Origin: Eledone cirrhosa
Lineage: Eukaryota
Assembly: GCA_964016885.1 (NCBI GenBank)
Contig: OZ024756.1
Location: forward strand, 36,580,001-36,644,000
DNA: 64,000 nucleotides
Direction: 5' to 3'
Shown here one piece after another: positions 23,063-37,625 of this stretch. Position numbers and translations under genes: made by a program. The stretch's first letter is position 1; each line of letters opens with the position of its first letter. The notes below the pieces were generated by a model. The model saw only the letters and a program-made list of their open reading frames with translations, had not been told where the DNA came from and did not search any database.

Positions 23063-23801
23063 CTGAAAAGACAAAATTATTGGTTATTGATCAGTAACTA
23101 AATATTGTCACAATGAAAAAAGAAAAAAAGAAAAAAGAAAACGATGGTGGAATAGGAAGAAGGTAAGGTTCTCACAATTGGCCGGACAGAACAACTCAGC
23201 TGTACACCCTGCGGAGAACAGCTAGAAATGTCCACTGCATCATTATTTGGCAGAATCGGTAGAGCGTCAGGCATCATGCTTAGCGGCACAGAGTTATGGC
23301 CCTTTACGTTCTGAGTTCAAATCCCGCCGAGGTTCATCCTTACGGGGTTGAGAAAATAAAAAGTACCAATAATTCACTGGGGTCCATTTAATCGACTTTC
23401 CCTTTACGGTCTGAGTTCAAATCCCCTCGAGGTTGACTTTGCCTTTCATCGTTAGGGGGTCGATAAAATAAAGTACCAGTAATGCACTGGGTAATTGCTG
23501 GCCTTGAACCCAAAGTAGAAACAATTATTATTATTCAATATATTTCTGTGTAATAACAAGAAAAATAACCAAATGCAGCAGACATCTCTTTATTCTTTGA
23601 TTTATCTGGTTTACAAAATATTTGAAGATATTTTTCTCGTACTCTCGGTACATCTCCCCACTTAGTACTAATTATTAAAGCCAGCCATCTCTGTACCTAA
23701 CACTTTAGTATATAAGTAATGTGTGAGAGTATGCAAGAGGTAACATGTAGCATTAAAGTAACTAACGTAGTTATATATATATATGTATGTATATATATAC
23801 A

Positions 23802-24180
23802 CTAGCCGAATTACCCGCGCCTTGCTGCGTTTCATACATTTTTGTGTAAGAAAATGTTCACTATAGGGGGTTTAACCCCCATTAGGGTGTCTTAATATTA
23901 TTGAAATTTACTGAAATTTTGTGAATAGGCATCATATCTTATCATTTATCGATGGTTTAAATTTCATATAAATCGAAGGGAAAAAATTCTCAGCGGACGT
24001 TTGTGCCCCTGGGGAACCCTTTGATTAAAATGAAATATACTTATCCAAATACCCTAGGCAATGTAGTTTCAGAATATATATGGTTATGGGGGGGGGGTCT
24101 ATCTCCCAAATCATAGAAGTTCGTGAACAAACAAACAAACAAACAAACAAACAGGAACTACAGCTTTATATATATATAGA
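23802..24180 (-). mobile_element. Non-autonomous Helitron-like element
   Basis: On the minus strand A|TC..(GTTT)n..GC-rich subterminal segment..CTAG|T. Confidence 0.65.
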
Positions 24181-24621
24181 TATATAATTACAACAGTGAC
24201 ATAAACAGGTACTCAAGTTTCGTTGGATCCTGGGCCCCAATCTCTTCAGCCTGTCATGAGAAAATTAAAAAAACAAAGATGACCACCTGTGATTGATTGT
24301 GCTTTCCCTATGGGGATTTAACAAAAGAGCTCAATATTACCAAGGTAGGTAATTCTGTTATACAATATCAGGTAAGCTAACTCTGAAATAATTGTTTCTG
24401 CTTTTGGCACAAAGCCAACAATTACCCCAGTGCGTGACTGGTGCTTTATTTTATCGACTCCAGTGCATGACTGGTACTTTATTTTATCGACCCTGTAAGG
24501 ATGAGAGGCAAAGTTAACCTCGGCAGGATTTGAACTCAGACCATAAAGAACCGTAACTCAATGCTGCTTATAGCATGTCGTCCGACCCTCTACCAATACT
24601 GCCAAATGATAATGAACTTAC

Positions 24622-24747
24622 CAAAGATAGGAGGAGACACTAGTCCTGCAATTCCATTGGTGACACTGAGAATACTGTAGGCATTTGTGGTTTGTTGTAG
24701 ACCAACCATTTCTGTTGTGAGGATAAGTCTGAGCGATACAATAAACC
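24622..24747 (-). CDS. MCT paralog B exon 7
   Basis: 126 nt, canonical sites. Confidence 0.9.
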
Positions 24748-24781
24748 CTGTAGTGGTACACATAGAAAAGAACAATAGAAC

Positions 24782-24820
<39 letters not shown>

Positions 24821-25227
24821 TGAAAAAATGGGGAGAAGAATACTGCTGGTTGCACATGGATAACATGTAATAAAATAAGTCCCTCATCAGTGATTTGCCG
24901 ACGATCATAGATATTTCATTGCATTAAAAATCATATACTTCACGTCGGTGCAATAATAACTAAATTAAGTTATTAGGACAATTAAAACGCGCAAAGCGAG
25001 TGAGACAAGATAACAACAAAGAGGATAGCTAACCGTAGAAGGAAGGGAACAAGCTTCATAGTTATTCTGTTAGCATAAGCTAGGTGAATATATGAGCGCT
25101 TAGAAAAAAGACCTTTCAGGAGCGAATTCAAATGTGAGAAAGAGAGAAAATGATTTCGTCGCGAACGGGGTGAAGTGAGAAGAGGAGAAACAGTGAGTGA
25201 GTGAGTGGAAGTGTGAGGAAGAGTCAA

Positions 25228-25291
<64 letters not shown>

Positions 25292-25413
25292 ATAGAACAT
25301 TATATATATAAATCATACCTTATCGCTTGGAAATTCACTGGATAGTCCAGTGAATTTCCAACCAATAAGGTATGATTTTCATGGGTATGTCTCTATTTAT
25401 AAAACAAACTTTG

Positions 25414-25477
25414 TATTTTATCTGATGAAAGCGTACCAATGTTGTCTTGGTACCCTTGAAATATATATAATAAAATA
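25414..25477 (+). ncRNA. Type I hammerhead ribozyme in a PLE-like remnant
   Basis: TATTTTAT-CTGATGA-AAGCGTACCAA/TTGGTACCCTT-GAA-ATATATAT-A-ATAAAATA. Confidence 0.75.
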
Positions 25478-25610
25478 AATATGGTTTTATAAATATAGTT
25501 TCCATTTATTTAATATCATTGAATATTTACTTCACCAACTTGTTGGGTGCTCTAAATCAGTTATAAACATTTATATTTGTCGGACTTCCAACAAATTAAT
25601 ACCCCTTCTA

Positions 25611-25655
<45 letters not shown>

Positions 25656-26222
25656 GTGGACCGATTCTTTGTAATTTTAACCTAAAAACTTTTCGGACTT
25701 TCGCAGTTATCTCCCTTACACCTCTCGCACACAGTCTAGTATTGCCTGTGTGAAGTGACTGGGTTTCTGCGCATGCGCGTTCGTAGGTTGTCTTTCCTCT
25801 TCCTATAACCATGCCTATTCCAAGCTGAGGATCCGTAAGGTGAAACAATTGTTCTCGGTATGGTGAACTAACTGTTGTGTGACCACTTATACCTAACTCG
25901 TCCGATGGACTGGGTGCTCTACCACTACGGATATTACCTTCCAATATTGTTATACTTGGGGAGGGTCATATTTGTGTAATATTGCCAGAATTAATAACAG
26001 AACACACTCACTGTGTCAGTCAATGGCAACATTGAGGACCGAATAAATTAGATTACCGATATAAAAGACACAGAAGCGAAAAGCGAAAACCAACCAAACA
26101 TTGAGTGTGTTCTGTTATTAATTCTGGCAATACTACACAAATATGACCCTCCCCAAGTATAACAATATTTGTTTCGACACACGATTTCATATCAAAAACC
26201 TCGCAAAACTAATTCATCGCCG

Positions 26223-26257
<35 letters not shown>

Positions 26258-26613
26258 CTCCACTCCATTTTGTAACACGAAGTAATGCATTTCGATGTTA
26301 AAATTTTGCTTATACCCTTGCAGGGGTCATTGTTCATAATTCGTTGCCTATTTAACTGCCACAGAAGAGGCCCATTGGGCGAAACATGTTTTATAAATGT
26401 GTTTTAACGGGTTGCTTCTCTTTCATCAATTATTTCGATTATAATTGCTCTGATTAACTTCGTACACTAATATTAACGCCTCTAATATTTAACCTTGTTT
26501 ACATAAGCATCGAGCATATATGCACCCGCTTTTGGCAAATAATCCTCTGTATCGTTTCTCTTTCTATCCTCTCTCACGATACTATAACTTTTTATTATAT
26601 ATATATATATGTA

Positions 26614-26830
26614 GTGAAGGCGTGTGGCTGAGCGGTTAGAGAATTGGCTTCGTAATGGTGAGGTTGTGAGTTCGATTCCTGGACCAGGAGATGCGTTATG
26701 TCCTTGAGCAAGACACTTTATTTCACCTTGCTCCTTCTACCTGGAGTTGCAATCGATAGATAGTATTAGCAATTGGAAAGACCAGCGGAAACATTGTTTC
26801 CACGGTCCGATTTGACGAAAGTCGATCGCT
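26614..26830 (+). mobile_element. Second tRNA-derived SINE family (another copy at 61598-61808 -)
   Basis: TGGCTGAGCGG / GTTCGATTCC boxes, gtccttgagcaagacactt domain, (TA)n flanks. Confidence 0.8.
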
Positions 26831-27301
26831 CCTTAAAAATATATATATATATATATACATCAACGCTTACGTAGACCTCTAAATTCAATGGATTTTCTAA
26901 TTGGATTTCCACCCCGAAACTGGATACCAACCCGGAGTACACCTGAACTTCCACCAGGAAATCTTTCGTATCATTAAAATTTTCTATGCTTCTTGCATTT
27001 AAATATTCCACGAATCTCTACCACTTTTCCTCTACTATAATCTTCTTACACCACCTTCTTCTGACCCGTCTATTTTTTACTCCCACCCTTGTACCTTCAA
27101 TATGCCTAATCTCAAATCTTTTCTAAGACATATTTTCCAATTCCAACCCGCCTGTCCCCTCAATCTATCTTATTTCTCATTTTTTCTTCTGATGAAGGAC
27201 TAGCGTCCTAAACGTTAAGACCCTCTTCCTGCTATTTCAAGCGTTGACCTAATATATTCCTTCCATATACTGTACCGATTGTGTTGTTATTTCTGTTTAC
27301 C

Positions 27302-27401
<100 letters not shown>

Positions 27402-28114
27402 TTTTTTTTTTTTAAATTAGTTATAAGAAGATAAAAGATCCAGACAGAGGTGTCCTCTAATAACTGACGCTGCCTGCTTGATGTGGTTTGAAGTAGATTT
27501 CCTACCTCGTCTTCCTTAGTAAACCAATACTGTCTTTATAACCGAATTACGTATTTGTTTTGAAATATATGTTGTTTGAGTTCTGTTAGTTACCTCATAA
27601 GTATGAATAAAGATTAGGATGTTTGTGAGATCAAAGAGCAATGGAATACAACTAAACTCAAGCAAAATTATGTTGGGATTGGTTGTTGATATGTGTTAGT
27701 AAACTATTGTCAAAATATTATTGTACTTTATCATTGAACTGAAAGTCTTTTGAGTTTATTGAATATATTATGCTCCAATGTACGATTGTTGTCCGTTTTA
27801 CTATAGTACGTGTATAACAATATATTTCTTTCAATACCCAACAGTTTTGATCTCTATGTACATGGATTGACAGTGAACACTTTAACTCTATTTACAGGAC
27901 GAGCCAGCCGACTGCTCCGTGAAATTTATGGTTAGTGTATGACTGTTGTTCATTTTACTGCGGTAAATATCAATATATTTATTTCAATATCTAACAGTTT
28001 TTATCAATTCATAATCTTCAACAAAATGTGATAAGATTTATTTAGATATATTTCTCAAGTTTATACAGAAAGTCAACAACAGAATAAAAACAATATTAGT
28101 AAAATATATTCTGC

Positions 28115-28158
<44 letters not shown>

Positions 28159-28165
28159 TACATAC

Positions 28166-28438
28166 CGAGGGAAATACTGAAGACACAGATAACTGGTGCG
28201 ATATATTCGAAGGTATAACAGTGTGGCATCATTATGCTTGTAATACCGAGCATCAACAAAGAGAAGCTAAACATCTTAATGCTAGTAAAATGAAGTAGAT
28301 CCAGAAACACACCAAGTGACAGCTCACCAATTGTTGTAAATAATCCTAGAAGTGACATCAAAATTGACGCTTTCTCTTGGCTCATTCCAAACGACCAAAC
28401 ACAAAGCGGTGGTATATATATCATGACGACTAAAACAA
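28166..28438 (-). CDS. MCT paralog B exon 6
   Basis: 273 nt, canonical sites, open frame. Confidence 0.88.
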
Positions 28439-29601
28439 CTGTAATAAGAAGAGAGACAGAAACTATGTTTATATGTACCATAGGAAACACTTCTCAAATT
28501 GTTTAAGACTATTCAATAGAATTCGTAATATAATCGGGTCGTCTCCCCACAGCCCCGGCAGACAGAATGGAGATGGTGTTTCCCCTGAGGACGGCAAGGA
28601 AGACGCGATGGAAAAGCAACTCCAACTCGCGGGGTCACACCTGCGGCTGGCCAGCTCAGCGCCTATGGTAGTGAAAATGTATAAACTCTAGTTATTTTTA
28701 ACGAATGTTTATTTTTACAAAAACTGTGAATTATTTAATGCATGCGCTTTAATGTAATTTACTGAACCTTTTATAAAACAACTTAGTTTTCAGTTAGATT
28801 TGTTAATTCAGTAATAAGACATATGATCAAATATATAATAAGACATGGAATTACATGCAACAACCAGTATTTAGTTATAAACATTTATGTGTTACACACT
28901 CTATGGCTATTTTTGTTAGCGGTACTAATACAAAAGCGGTAAAGTTATCACTAAAATTATTTTATATAAATAATTATTGAATTAATGGTATTAATTGTGA
29001 TAATGATAATAAATGATGATGATTATGATGATGATGATCATTATCATCATCATCATCATCGTTTAACGTCCATCTTCCACGCTAGCAAGGGTTGGATAGC
29101 TAAAATGATACAATGATGAAATAGATGTTAAAGGAATTACTATGGCCAAGCTTCAACAACTATGGAATTTCTTCTCAGCCAGCTAGTTATTATAGTTGTT
29201 GTTGTTGTTGTTGTTATTAGGATGGGGATTGGCACTATCGGTAGAGCGTCGAATAACATGATGTATGACATGGAGTTATGGCCCTTTGCGTTCTGAGTTC
29301 AGCCGTCGGGGTCATGACTCTTTTCCTATATATACATATAAATATGTGTGTGTCTGTCTGTGTGTATTTGAAATTTAACAATCTCAAATGAAAATTTCTA
29401 TAACAGTCGATCATTGCTTTGCAACATAGTTATAGCCCTCTACGTTCTGAGTTCAAATCCCGCCGAGTTGAGCTTTGCTTTTTACGGTGTCGATAAAATA
29501 AAGCACCAGTAACGTACTGGGGTCGATTTAATCGATTTTCCCCTCCCCCAAAATTGCTGGCCTTGTGCCTATATAAGAAACCATTATTTTTTATTATTAT
29601 T

Positions 29602-30400
29602 GTTCTTTGAGTCTCAGTCATTGATCTTATTTAACTGGAAAGTTTATTGAAATGAATATCAAGCCACTACCTGCAGCCTCAGACATTCAGGACGTATCGG
29701 AGGGTTCTTGCTGTTCCCAGCAAGCATGCCTTTTGAAGTGTTCCAAAAAGCGGGGCTGAACTAATCTTCTTTAACCATCCTTGGAAACTCTTTGAGATAG
29801 TACCTAGTGCGCCTATCACAATCGGGACCACTTTGACTTCATGGCAGTTCCAAATCATTTTTAACTCCCACTTTAAATCTTGGTATCGGTTAATTTTCTC
29901 CCGCTCCTTTTCTTGCACTCTCGTGTCAAATGGGCAGGCTACATCTACAATCAAGCAAGATCTTTTTTCCTTGTCCAAAACCACCAGGTCAGGCCTATTG
30001 TGTTCTAATTTTTTGTCCGTCTGTATCCTAAAATCTCATAGCACCTTCACCTGATCGTTTTCTATCACCGATTCTGGCTTATGCTCATACCACTTCTCCG
30101 AATGTGGTAAATTGTTTTGGATTGTATTTGAGAGTTTTTGAAGTGGTTCCCTATCATTTATACTAGAATGTCTTACTACTGCAAACACATTCAGTATTTT
30201 TTGCTTTAATTCCTTCATAGTCTCCCTGTGTTCTTCAGCAGATGTTTGGTTTTCAATCACTGTTTCTAAGTCCCTCTCCTGGCTATTTTAAGTGGGTTCA
30301 ATAGGACTTCTCATTTCTACAAACCTATTTGTGATTTGGTCAGATGGAGGTCTTTCAGTAAAGACTTGTGACTGCTTAATATCTCCAGGAGATTCTTCAG
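29602..30400 (-). mobile_element. R4/Dong-like element, internally deleted
   Basis: KWYEHKP, NRPD, DVACPFD, PIVIGALG; (TTA)n flanks. Confidence 0.8.
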
Positions 30401-30413
30401 TTATTATTATTAT

Positions 30414-33055
30414 AGCACGAATGCTGCGTTGTCAGAGCTAGGGTGCGTGCTCTCAGACACGAGGGGACGAAAGCCGTTCAATGGGCCCGAGTGGCGGAGG
30501 CGCAACGTGGCAACAAAGCCACGATCCGGTCTTTGGTGGACCACAACGGGCGCATGCTACTCGATCCGGGCAAATGTGTGAAGCTTTTCAGCGACACTGT
30601 TCGGGGGCAGCGGTGGGCCGGATCGAGGGATGGACTTTAATGCCTACCTTGACGGACTGTCGCGGCTCTCGGCCACTGAGGCGGAGTGTTGCGAAAAGCC
30701 GATAACAGCCACTGAAGTAAGGGAGGCAATGACTGGCTGCACAAGGCGTAAATCGCCTGGTTTGGATCGTCTGCCCTATGAACTTTACGTACAGATGCCA
30801 GATTTGTTCGGAGGCCTCTCGGCGGACGTCTACTGCAACTGGCAACAGAACGGGAGAATTCCCAGCTCTGTGAGCCGAGGAGCTGGTGGCGCTGCTGAGA
30901 AAGGATCCGAACAAGGGGGATAACATAGATAATTTCAGGCACATAACTCTGCTAAACACAGAGTACAAGATTTTGGCCAAGGTGCTAGCAAAGAGGTTGG
31001 CGCTTGTCGTTGGTGGTCTGGTGGGAGAGGCGCAGACATGCACCATTCCAAACAGATCCATCCACGACAACCTCCACCTCATGCGATACATCGTGGAGAG
31101 GGTAGCTAGGGAACCTGGCACGGGTGGGTCCTTGATCAATTTAGATCAGTCGAAAGCTTTCGATAGGGTCGACCATCGTTATCTGGCGGCAGTCCTGAGG
31201 GCGGCTGGCTTTGGGCCCATCTTAAGAGGCTGGATCGTTGCCATGCACAGCAACATCTGCTCTGTGGTGAGAGTGAACGGTCACCTTTCGGAACCGTTCA
31301 ACATCATGCGCTTGGTCCGCCAAGGATGTCCTCTTTCGTCCCTCTTGTACGTATTGACTCTCGAGGCATTACTGCACAAACTGGAGACGTTGATGGGGGT
31401 CCCGCGCGAACTAGGATGCGGAAGATCCGTATCAGCATATGCGGACGATGTCACCGTAGTGGTATCGAACGCCAAACACATCGAGGCGATTGGCACTACA
31501 CTAAGAGAATACGAAGGGGTGACAGGAGCAATGATCAACCAGGAAATGTCGGTGGGCCTGCAGCTGGGCACCTGAGAGGCAGGTCCATACCGTCGAACAG
31601 CGTCGTCGGGCGCTGGACGGACGGACCGGTTAAATTGCTAGGGGTCTGGTTCAGTCCGGACCTCCAGACGGACAAAATCTGGGACGAGGTGACGAGCAGG
31701 GTGGCTTCTCTCACCCAGAAATGGACAGAGAGGAAGCTATCCCTGAAAGGTCGAGCGGAGGTCGCGAATGCGTACATCGCGTCCGTCATCTACTACCGCC
31801 TGACCGTCGTGCCTTGTCCTAAGACTCTCCTGACTGCGCTGGAGCGTTTGCTCTTTCGCTTTTTGTGGAAAGGACGCGCTCCGATGGTCAGGCGGTCCAC
31901 CTGCTGTCAACACCCGCTACGTGGAGGGCTGGGCATGTCGTGGCTGATGATGCGCAGACACGCGCTCAGGCTACGACATCTCCACCTCTTCCTCGACGGT
32001 GATCAGGTGTGGTCGCCGTTTGCTAGACGCGTCTTTCCCCAGCTCGTCTCCTTGACGGAGCTGCAGTCCTGGGTCAAGCGAAGACCGAGAGGGAGAGCTT
32101 GGAGACTGGAATGTCTTCAGGCGCTCACTGCCCTCGACCAGTCGGGCAATGTGATCGGTGGAAACTCCACCTTGGCGTTCTATAGAGGATTAGTGGAGGG
32201 GAAGAGCGACGACGTACTTGGGGAAACTCTAGGCGTCGACGAAAATCAACTAGCCAATTTCTTCGGAAGAACTTTCGGGCCGGGGCCTATGAACAATTTC
32301 CAGAAATCCCTGGCCTGGCAGTGCTACCGAGGAGCTTTGCCAGTTCGGGATAAACTCCACAGGCATGGAAGTGCCGTCAGCCGGGCATGTCCGAGATGCG
32401 CGCAGGGCGACGAAACCGTCCTGCATGCACTCGCCCAGTGTCCGAGCATTGCTGACCTGTGGGTTTATGTCGAACACCTGCTGTCACGTGTAGAACGGAT
32501 CTGGCTATCAGCTGAGTCCATCGTGAGTATTGCCCCGCCCTCTTCCTTTAGCCGGGAAGGGAAGGCAGTTTTTATCTGTCTGGTGGCCATGGCGAAAGAG
32601 ATAGTATGGTGGACGCGTCTGAAAGGGCTGAAGACGAGCACTTACCTCTTCGGTGATGCCCTGAATAACCTTTTCAAATTTCGTTTGAAAAGGAAAATCA
32701 GGGTAAAGAGGGAAGTGCTCTCTTCCCAGTATTTTGTTGAAAGATGGGCGAGAGAGGCAAGAATGACCCGAGTGAATGGGCCTACTCTGAGTATATGCCT
32801 GTAAATTGAAGGTGGAAAACTGGGAGAGGGCACTGGCCCTGGTGGTCAGGGTCACCGTGGCTTTTTTTAATGGGCTATCTCCACGATGGCCCTTAGAAGT
32901 CTCCCCCTATTGGGAAATTTTTCATTGTTCTTTTTTGTTACATCCTCTGTTTTTGTTTTTTTTACACGCAGAAATGCCCATTTGTACCGTCCTGTGTTGT
33001 CCTGTGCTGTCCTTAATGTCTACTTTGTGTAAACCCTTGTGGTTAATAAAGAAAG

Positions 33056-33056
<1 letters not shown>
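30414..33056 (+). mobile_element. 5'-truncated, frameshifted copy of the same Tx1-like LINE in intron 5 of B
   Basis: Collinear with 6925-9575 (rc); flanked by (TTA)n. Confidence 0.92.
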
Positions 33057-33091
<35 letters not shown>

Positions 33092-33098
33092 CACTCAC

Positions 33099-33267
33099 AC
33101 ATCCACAAAGTGTAGGACATCAGCAATAATACAAAGTCTGTGTTTCTAAAAAGCTCAAGACCAATTATGTTTAAACAGCGTTTTATAACTGAACTTCTGT
33201 TGACTTTCTCGTTCTCTATAATATATTCGTCTTTGACATCTTTATTATCTGTTGCTGAAAGTTTGCC
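33099..33267 (-). CDS. MCT paralog B exon 5
   Basis: 169 nt, ag|GGCAAA..ATGT|gtgagt. Confidence 0.88.
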
Positions 33268-34313
33268 CTAAAATTAATAGAAAATACCGTAGATTAATGT
33301 TTAATTACTTATTATTATATATATTGGGAGTTTTATAAGTTTTTCTCTATTTTGTGACATTTGGTTTATAGTGTATTATTTTAGAATACTGAGTTGTGTA
33401 GTTAAGGAACGTTGATAATGTTAGAAGATTCTGTATTACCTCCCTTCTCAATATTGAAGACTCTATTTATGAGAACATATCCTACTTAAGGTAATGTATT
33501 ACCTCCCTTGTCAATATTGAAGACACTAGAGATGAGACACATTCTAATTAAGGTACTGCATTTCCTCCCTTGTCAAGGGAGTCGTTCTATATGAAAATAT
33601 ATGTACTGTATTAACTCCTTGGTCCTTATTGATAACTCTTGACAAAAGAGATAGAAATGAATTCATTGATTAGATCATCAGACAAAATGTTCTCAATTCC
33701 TGGGTTCATATCTCATTGTTTAGTTGTGTAATTCTAGATAAGACACGCAGAGACATTGTACATTAACTTGAATCAAATGTACTTTAGGTAGAAATAACAT
33801 GTTAGTTGCTGTTGTGTGTCTTAAATGACATTGGATTTTAGTTCATGCTGGGTATCGTGGTTAAGACAAACATAGAATTATACTGTGGAAATTTTTTTTA
33901 TAATTTACCATCTTTATTTAACAGAAGAGATAGGTGGATTGGCAGTATCGGTAGAGAGTCGGACACCATGCTTTGACGCATAGAGTTACGGCCCTTGCCA
34001 TTCTGAGTTCAAATCCCGCCGAGGTTAACTTTGCCTTTCATCCTTACGGGGTCGATAAAATAAAGTACCAGTAATGTACTGGGTAATTGCTGGCCTTGTG
34101 CCAAAAGTAGAAACAATTATTAATATAAACTAGTTTAGGGAGTATTATTTTACAGAAAGCACAACTGTAGATTACTTAAATGATCAGATATTGTAGATAC
34201 AGGAAATATGTCTCAATGGTGAGTCTTTATAAAGGTTCACATACAATAGAGAGATGTAATCTGGAGAATGGTGTGTAGCACGTTAATGGAAGGACATATG
34301 TTGTTGTATAGAT

Positions 34314-34690
34314 GTCTGATAGTAATATAGTTAGCACTATAAATAATCAAATCTCACCGTATTATGTCTATCTTCTGACATAACAAACGTCTGATAGTAA
34401 TATAGTTAGTACTATAAATAATCAAATCTCACCGTATTATGTCTATCTTCTGACATAACAAACGTCTGATAGTAATATAGTTAGTACTATAAATAATCAA
34501 ATCTCACCGTATTATGTCTATCTTCTGACATAACAAACGTCTGATAGTAATATAGTTAGCAATATAAATAATCAAATCTCACCGTATTATGTCTATCTTC
34601 TGACATATCAAACGTCTGATAGTAATATAGTTAGTACTATAAATAAACAAATCTCACCGTATTATATCTATCTTCTGACATAACAAACGT
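34314..34690 (-). repeat. 75-bp minisatellite in B (5 units)
   Basis: Five ctcac (rc donor) motifs at 75-bp spacing. Confidence 0.95.
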
Positions 34691-34782
34691 CTCGTTTACT
34701 ATTCCTTTCTGTTTATTGTTTTCTGTGTCGTCTGATTTTACATCGTCTGTCTCAGAGGTTTCGATTGTGTCGTCTGGTAAAG
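34658..34782 (-). CDS. MCT paralog B exon 4
   Basis: 125 nt, phase 1-0, homologous to A exon 4. Confidence 0.85.
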
Positions 34783-35072
34783 CTGAAAGTAGAAATGTCC
34801 ACAACTTTTATTAAGAACCTTACTATTTGTCTCTCTACTCACATTTTAAACAAAACAATTCACACCATTATACATATATACACATTTATATATACATAAA
34901 AAGATGTGTGTTAGCTTTTTAAATTAATAACTGGTTCTTTTAACAATCAAATTGTTTAACATTGTAAATAATTAGGAATATGTTACAGTAATGTAGTGAA
35001 TGACAGATCAACAGACAAGGAAACTGGAATATTGTTCAACAATAATATCATTTGATATTGTAACAAACTTAC

Positions 35073-35345
35073 CTATATCTTCTTTATGTTCTAACTCTTT
35101 ATAAACATATTTCAGAGGTCGACAAAGTGATCCAAAAACAACTATATTGAGAAGCCCTCCTGATATAAGGAGTAAGGTCCCTCTCAGTCCGTAAAATCTC
35201 ATGAGATATTCCACTAGTATATTGACTACTAATATCCCCATTCCTCCACCACAATTAGCTATTCCTATTGCTAAGGCACGTTTCTTGTCAAAATACTGTC
35301 CTGCGATAATGTGTGCAGTGAAGAAGGACATTCCAAGCGATACAC
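35073..35345 (-). CDS. MCT paralog B exon 3
   Basis: 273 nt, YFDKKRALAIGIA. Confidence 0.92.
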
Positions 35346-35821
35346 CTGCAAAATTATGAGAAAATTTCACAAACGTTATTTTGAAAATGACAAGAAAAAA
35401 TATAGAAAGCAGAGAAGATATTCTACATAATAGTTTGAAAATTTTGAAAATATTATATTAGAGTTTTGTTTATAATGTCTTCATATTTCCATAATGAATC
35501 TCTTTGGTAATCTAAGAGTTATGAAAATAATGTTCAAAGTTGTAATGTTTAATGTTAACAATGGATGTAATATGTAATATTTAACACGTTATATCATAGT
35601 TATTATACTGTAATATGTCACATACAATATTCATTGTGATATTTAAGAATATTTATTGTCGTCTGTTATAAACTGTAGTATATCTGTCATAATATTAAAT
35701 GTCGTACGTTAGATATGTAATGATATTACATATATATATATCACATAAGGTAATGTCAAATATGTTATGATATTAAATGATAAATGTAGTGTATTTTCCG
35801 TAAGTTAGAACGATATCTTAC

Positions 35822-35965
35822 CTGTAATAACCCCATATGTAACTATCATCATATCACTAGTGGTAGAAAATACTCCCAAAATGGCTCCTGTGAATCCAAT
35901 AAGTCCTGATAATATCAACACTGTCCTATGACTAAAGTAAGCCAACAAAATACTGGCAACTGGAG
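35822..35965 (-). CDS. MCT paralog B exon 2
   Basis: 144 nt, canonical splice sites, homologous to A. Confidence 0.92.
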
Positions 35966-36383
35966 CTGAAGATATAATGTGATAACGAATAATCAATACA
36001 GCTTAAGATTTCTAGGTTCGATCTTATTATTGATTTAGTATAATGTCATGGCAATATAATTTACATCACTTTTGTTTTGTAACTCACTGACAGAGTAACT
36101 ATAAACAGATATTTAATATCTCACATCTTGATATTCACTGCATTAACTAGAACATAGTAATATTTTAATATCTTATGGTACCTAACTTTATAATCAATTA
36201 TCAACGTATATAATGATTAGTTTTAGATTGAAATTGAATAAAGGGATATTTTGTGATAGAAATAGATAAAACAAAAATATATTTTCATAAAATTGAAGGA
36301 ACCTCAATTGCTGAAATGGCTTTAAAGCAGCGAGATACTGTTTTGAAAGCAAAGGGTCGGATTAGAAAATTTATTTGATTTAC

Positions 36384-36633
36384 CTGCAAGCATACTGAGT
36401 CCACTTAGCAAAGCTCCGATCCAAGACAACTTTGATACTGGCTCATCAAAGATTTTTCTGAGTCCAAGAAGGAAGATTCCAGATGAGCCTGCCAATCCAC
36501 TCACTATTAAAGAAACAGAAGCTGCAGCAAAACATACGACCCATCCCCAACCTCCATCTGGTATCACTGGTTGTTTTGGATAATTTTCAACATCTTTGGT
36601 ATCTGGAACATCTTTTCTAGAGTTGAGGGACAT
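36384..36633 (-). CDS. SLC16/MCT-family paralog B, coding exon 1
   Basis: Homologous to A exon 1, same 250 nt, GT donor intact. Confidence 0.92.
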
Positions 36634-36802
36634 GTTTGGAAGAAATTCTAGTGAAAATATTTAAAATAAAACATTTTAAGCTTTTACGATTGTTTGGTAT
36701 TTGGGTGTAGTACTTGTACATGAAAACCTGAGTGTTTATTCAATGTTAGGAAGTGGCTCTTAATTGAGTTATATTATTTATTTAATCCATTATTTAATCC
36801 AT

Positions 36803-36993
36803 AAGGCGGTGGATTGGCAGTATCGGCAGTATAGGGACGCCATGTTTTGACGCATAGAGTTACGGTCCTTGCCATTCTGAGTTCAAATCCCGCCGAGGTT
36901 AACTTTGCCTTTCATCCTTACGGGGTCGATAAAATAAAGTACCAGTAATGCACTGGGATAATTGCTGGCCTTGTGCCAAAAGTAGAAACAATT
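36803..36993 (+). mobile_element. tRNA-derived SINE with Meta-like domain; representative of roughly 20 full or partial copies
   Basis: A box TGGCAGTATCGG, B box GAGTTCAAATCCC, core gcctttcatccttacggggtcgataaaataaagtacc; others near 2830, 12960, 18490, 18680, 23250, 24400, 29430, 33930, 46250, 52350, 52970-53700, 55520, 57130, 58230-58525, 61370. Confidence 0.88.
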
Positions 36994-37520
36994 ATTTATT
37001 TAATCATTTAAGTAGTTTCGCATTACACAGAAAACACAGCTACACAGACTCTGTACTTTGTAGCCATCGGTCCTTGTTAGATACTGATGTATACATTAAT
37101 ATATTATGGCTACAGGGAATTTAGGATAATCTATTTCATATTAATGTAAACAGAGTGGGTAAACATACACACACATGCACACTAACCAAATATATATATA
37201 TATATATGGGATAACAAATTATCGTTATAGGTAATCCAGTTAGAAGTTGTGAATACTTCGTATTGTGGATAGTTTTAGCGTACGGCGTTGTTTGACTGAA
37301 CAAGAGGTTTCTTTAGGCAGCGAGTTTGTAAGTTCTCGGGAGTTCCTAAGCAAGTTAATCTTGGAGTAATAATAGTGAAAGAGTGAAGAATAACATGGCC
37401 GACTGTACAAAAAGGGTTGTATTTACAGTATTAACAATTATTAATCAATGAAACAATTGTTAATACTGTAAATAAAACCCTTTTTGTACTGTTGACCATG
37501 TTATTCTTCACTCGTTCACT

Positions 37521-37552
<32 letters not shown>

Positions 37553-37570
37553 ACACACACACACACACAG

Positions 37571-37625
<55 letters not shown>

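Noticed and set aside
27185-27220. Minimal hammerheads at 27185, 37705, 51735 and 56278
   Set aside because: Core or stem I is mutated (e.g. GAAA>TAAA, CTGA>CAGA); decayed PLE remnants
36803-36895. tRNA genes at A/B-box motifs
   Set aside because: They are SINE heads followed by body and tail; no clear cloverleaf
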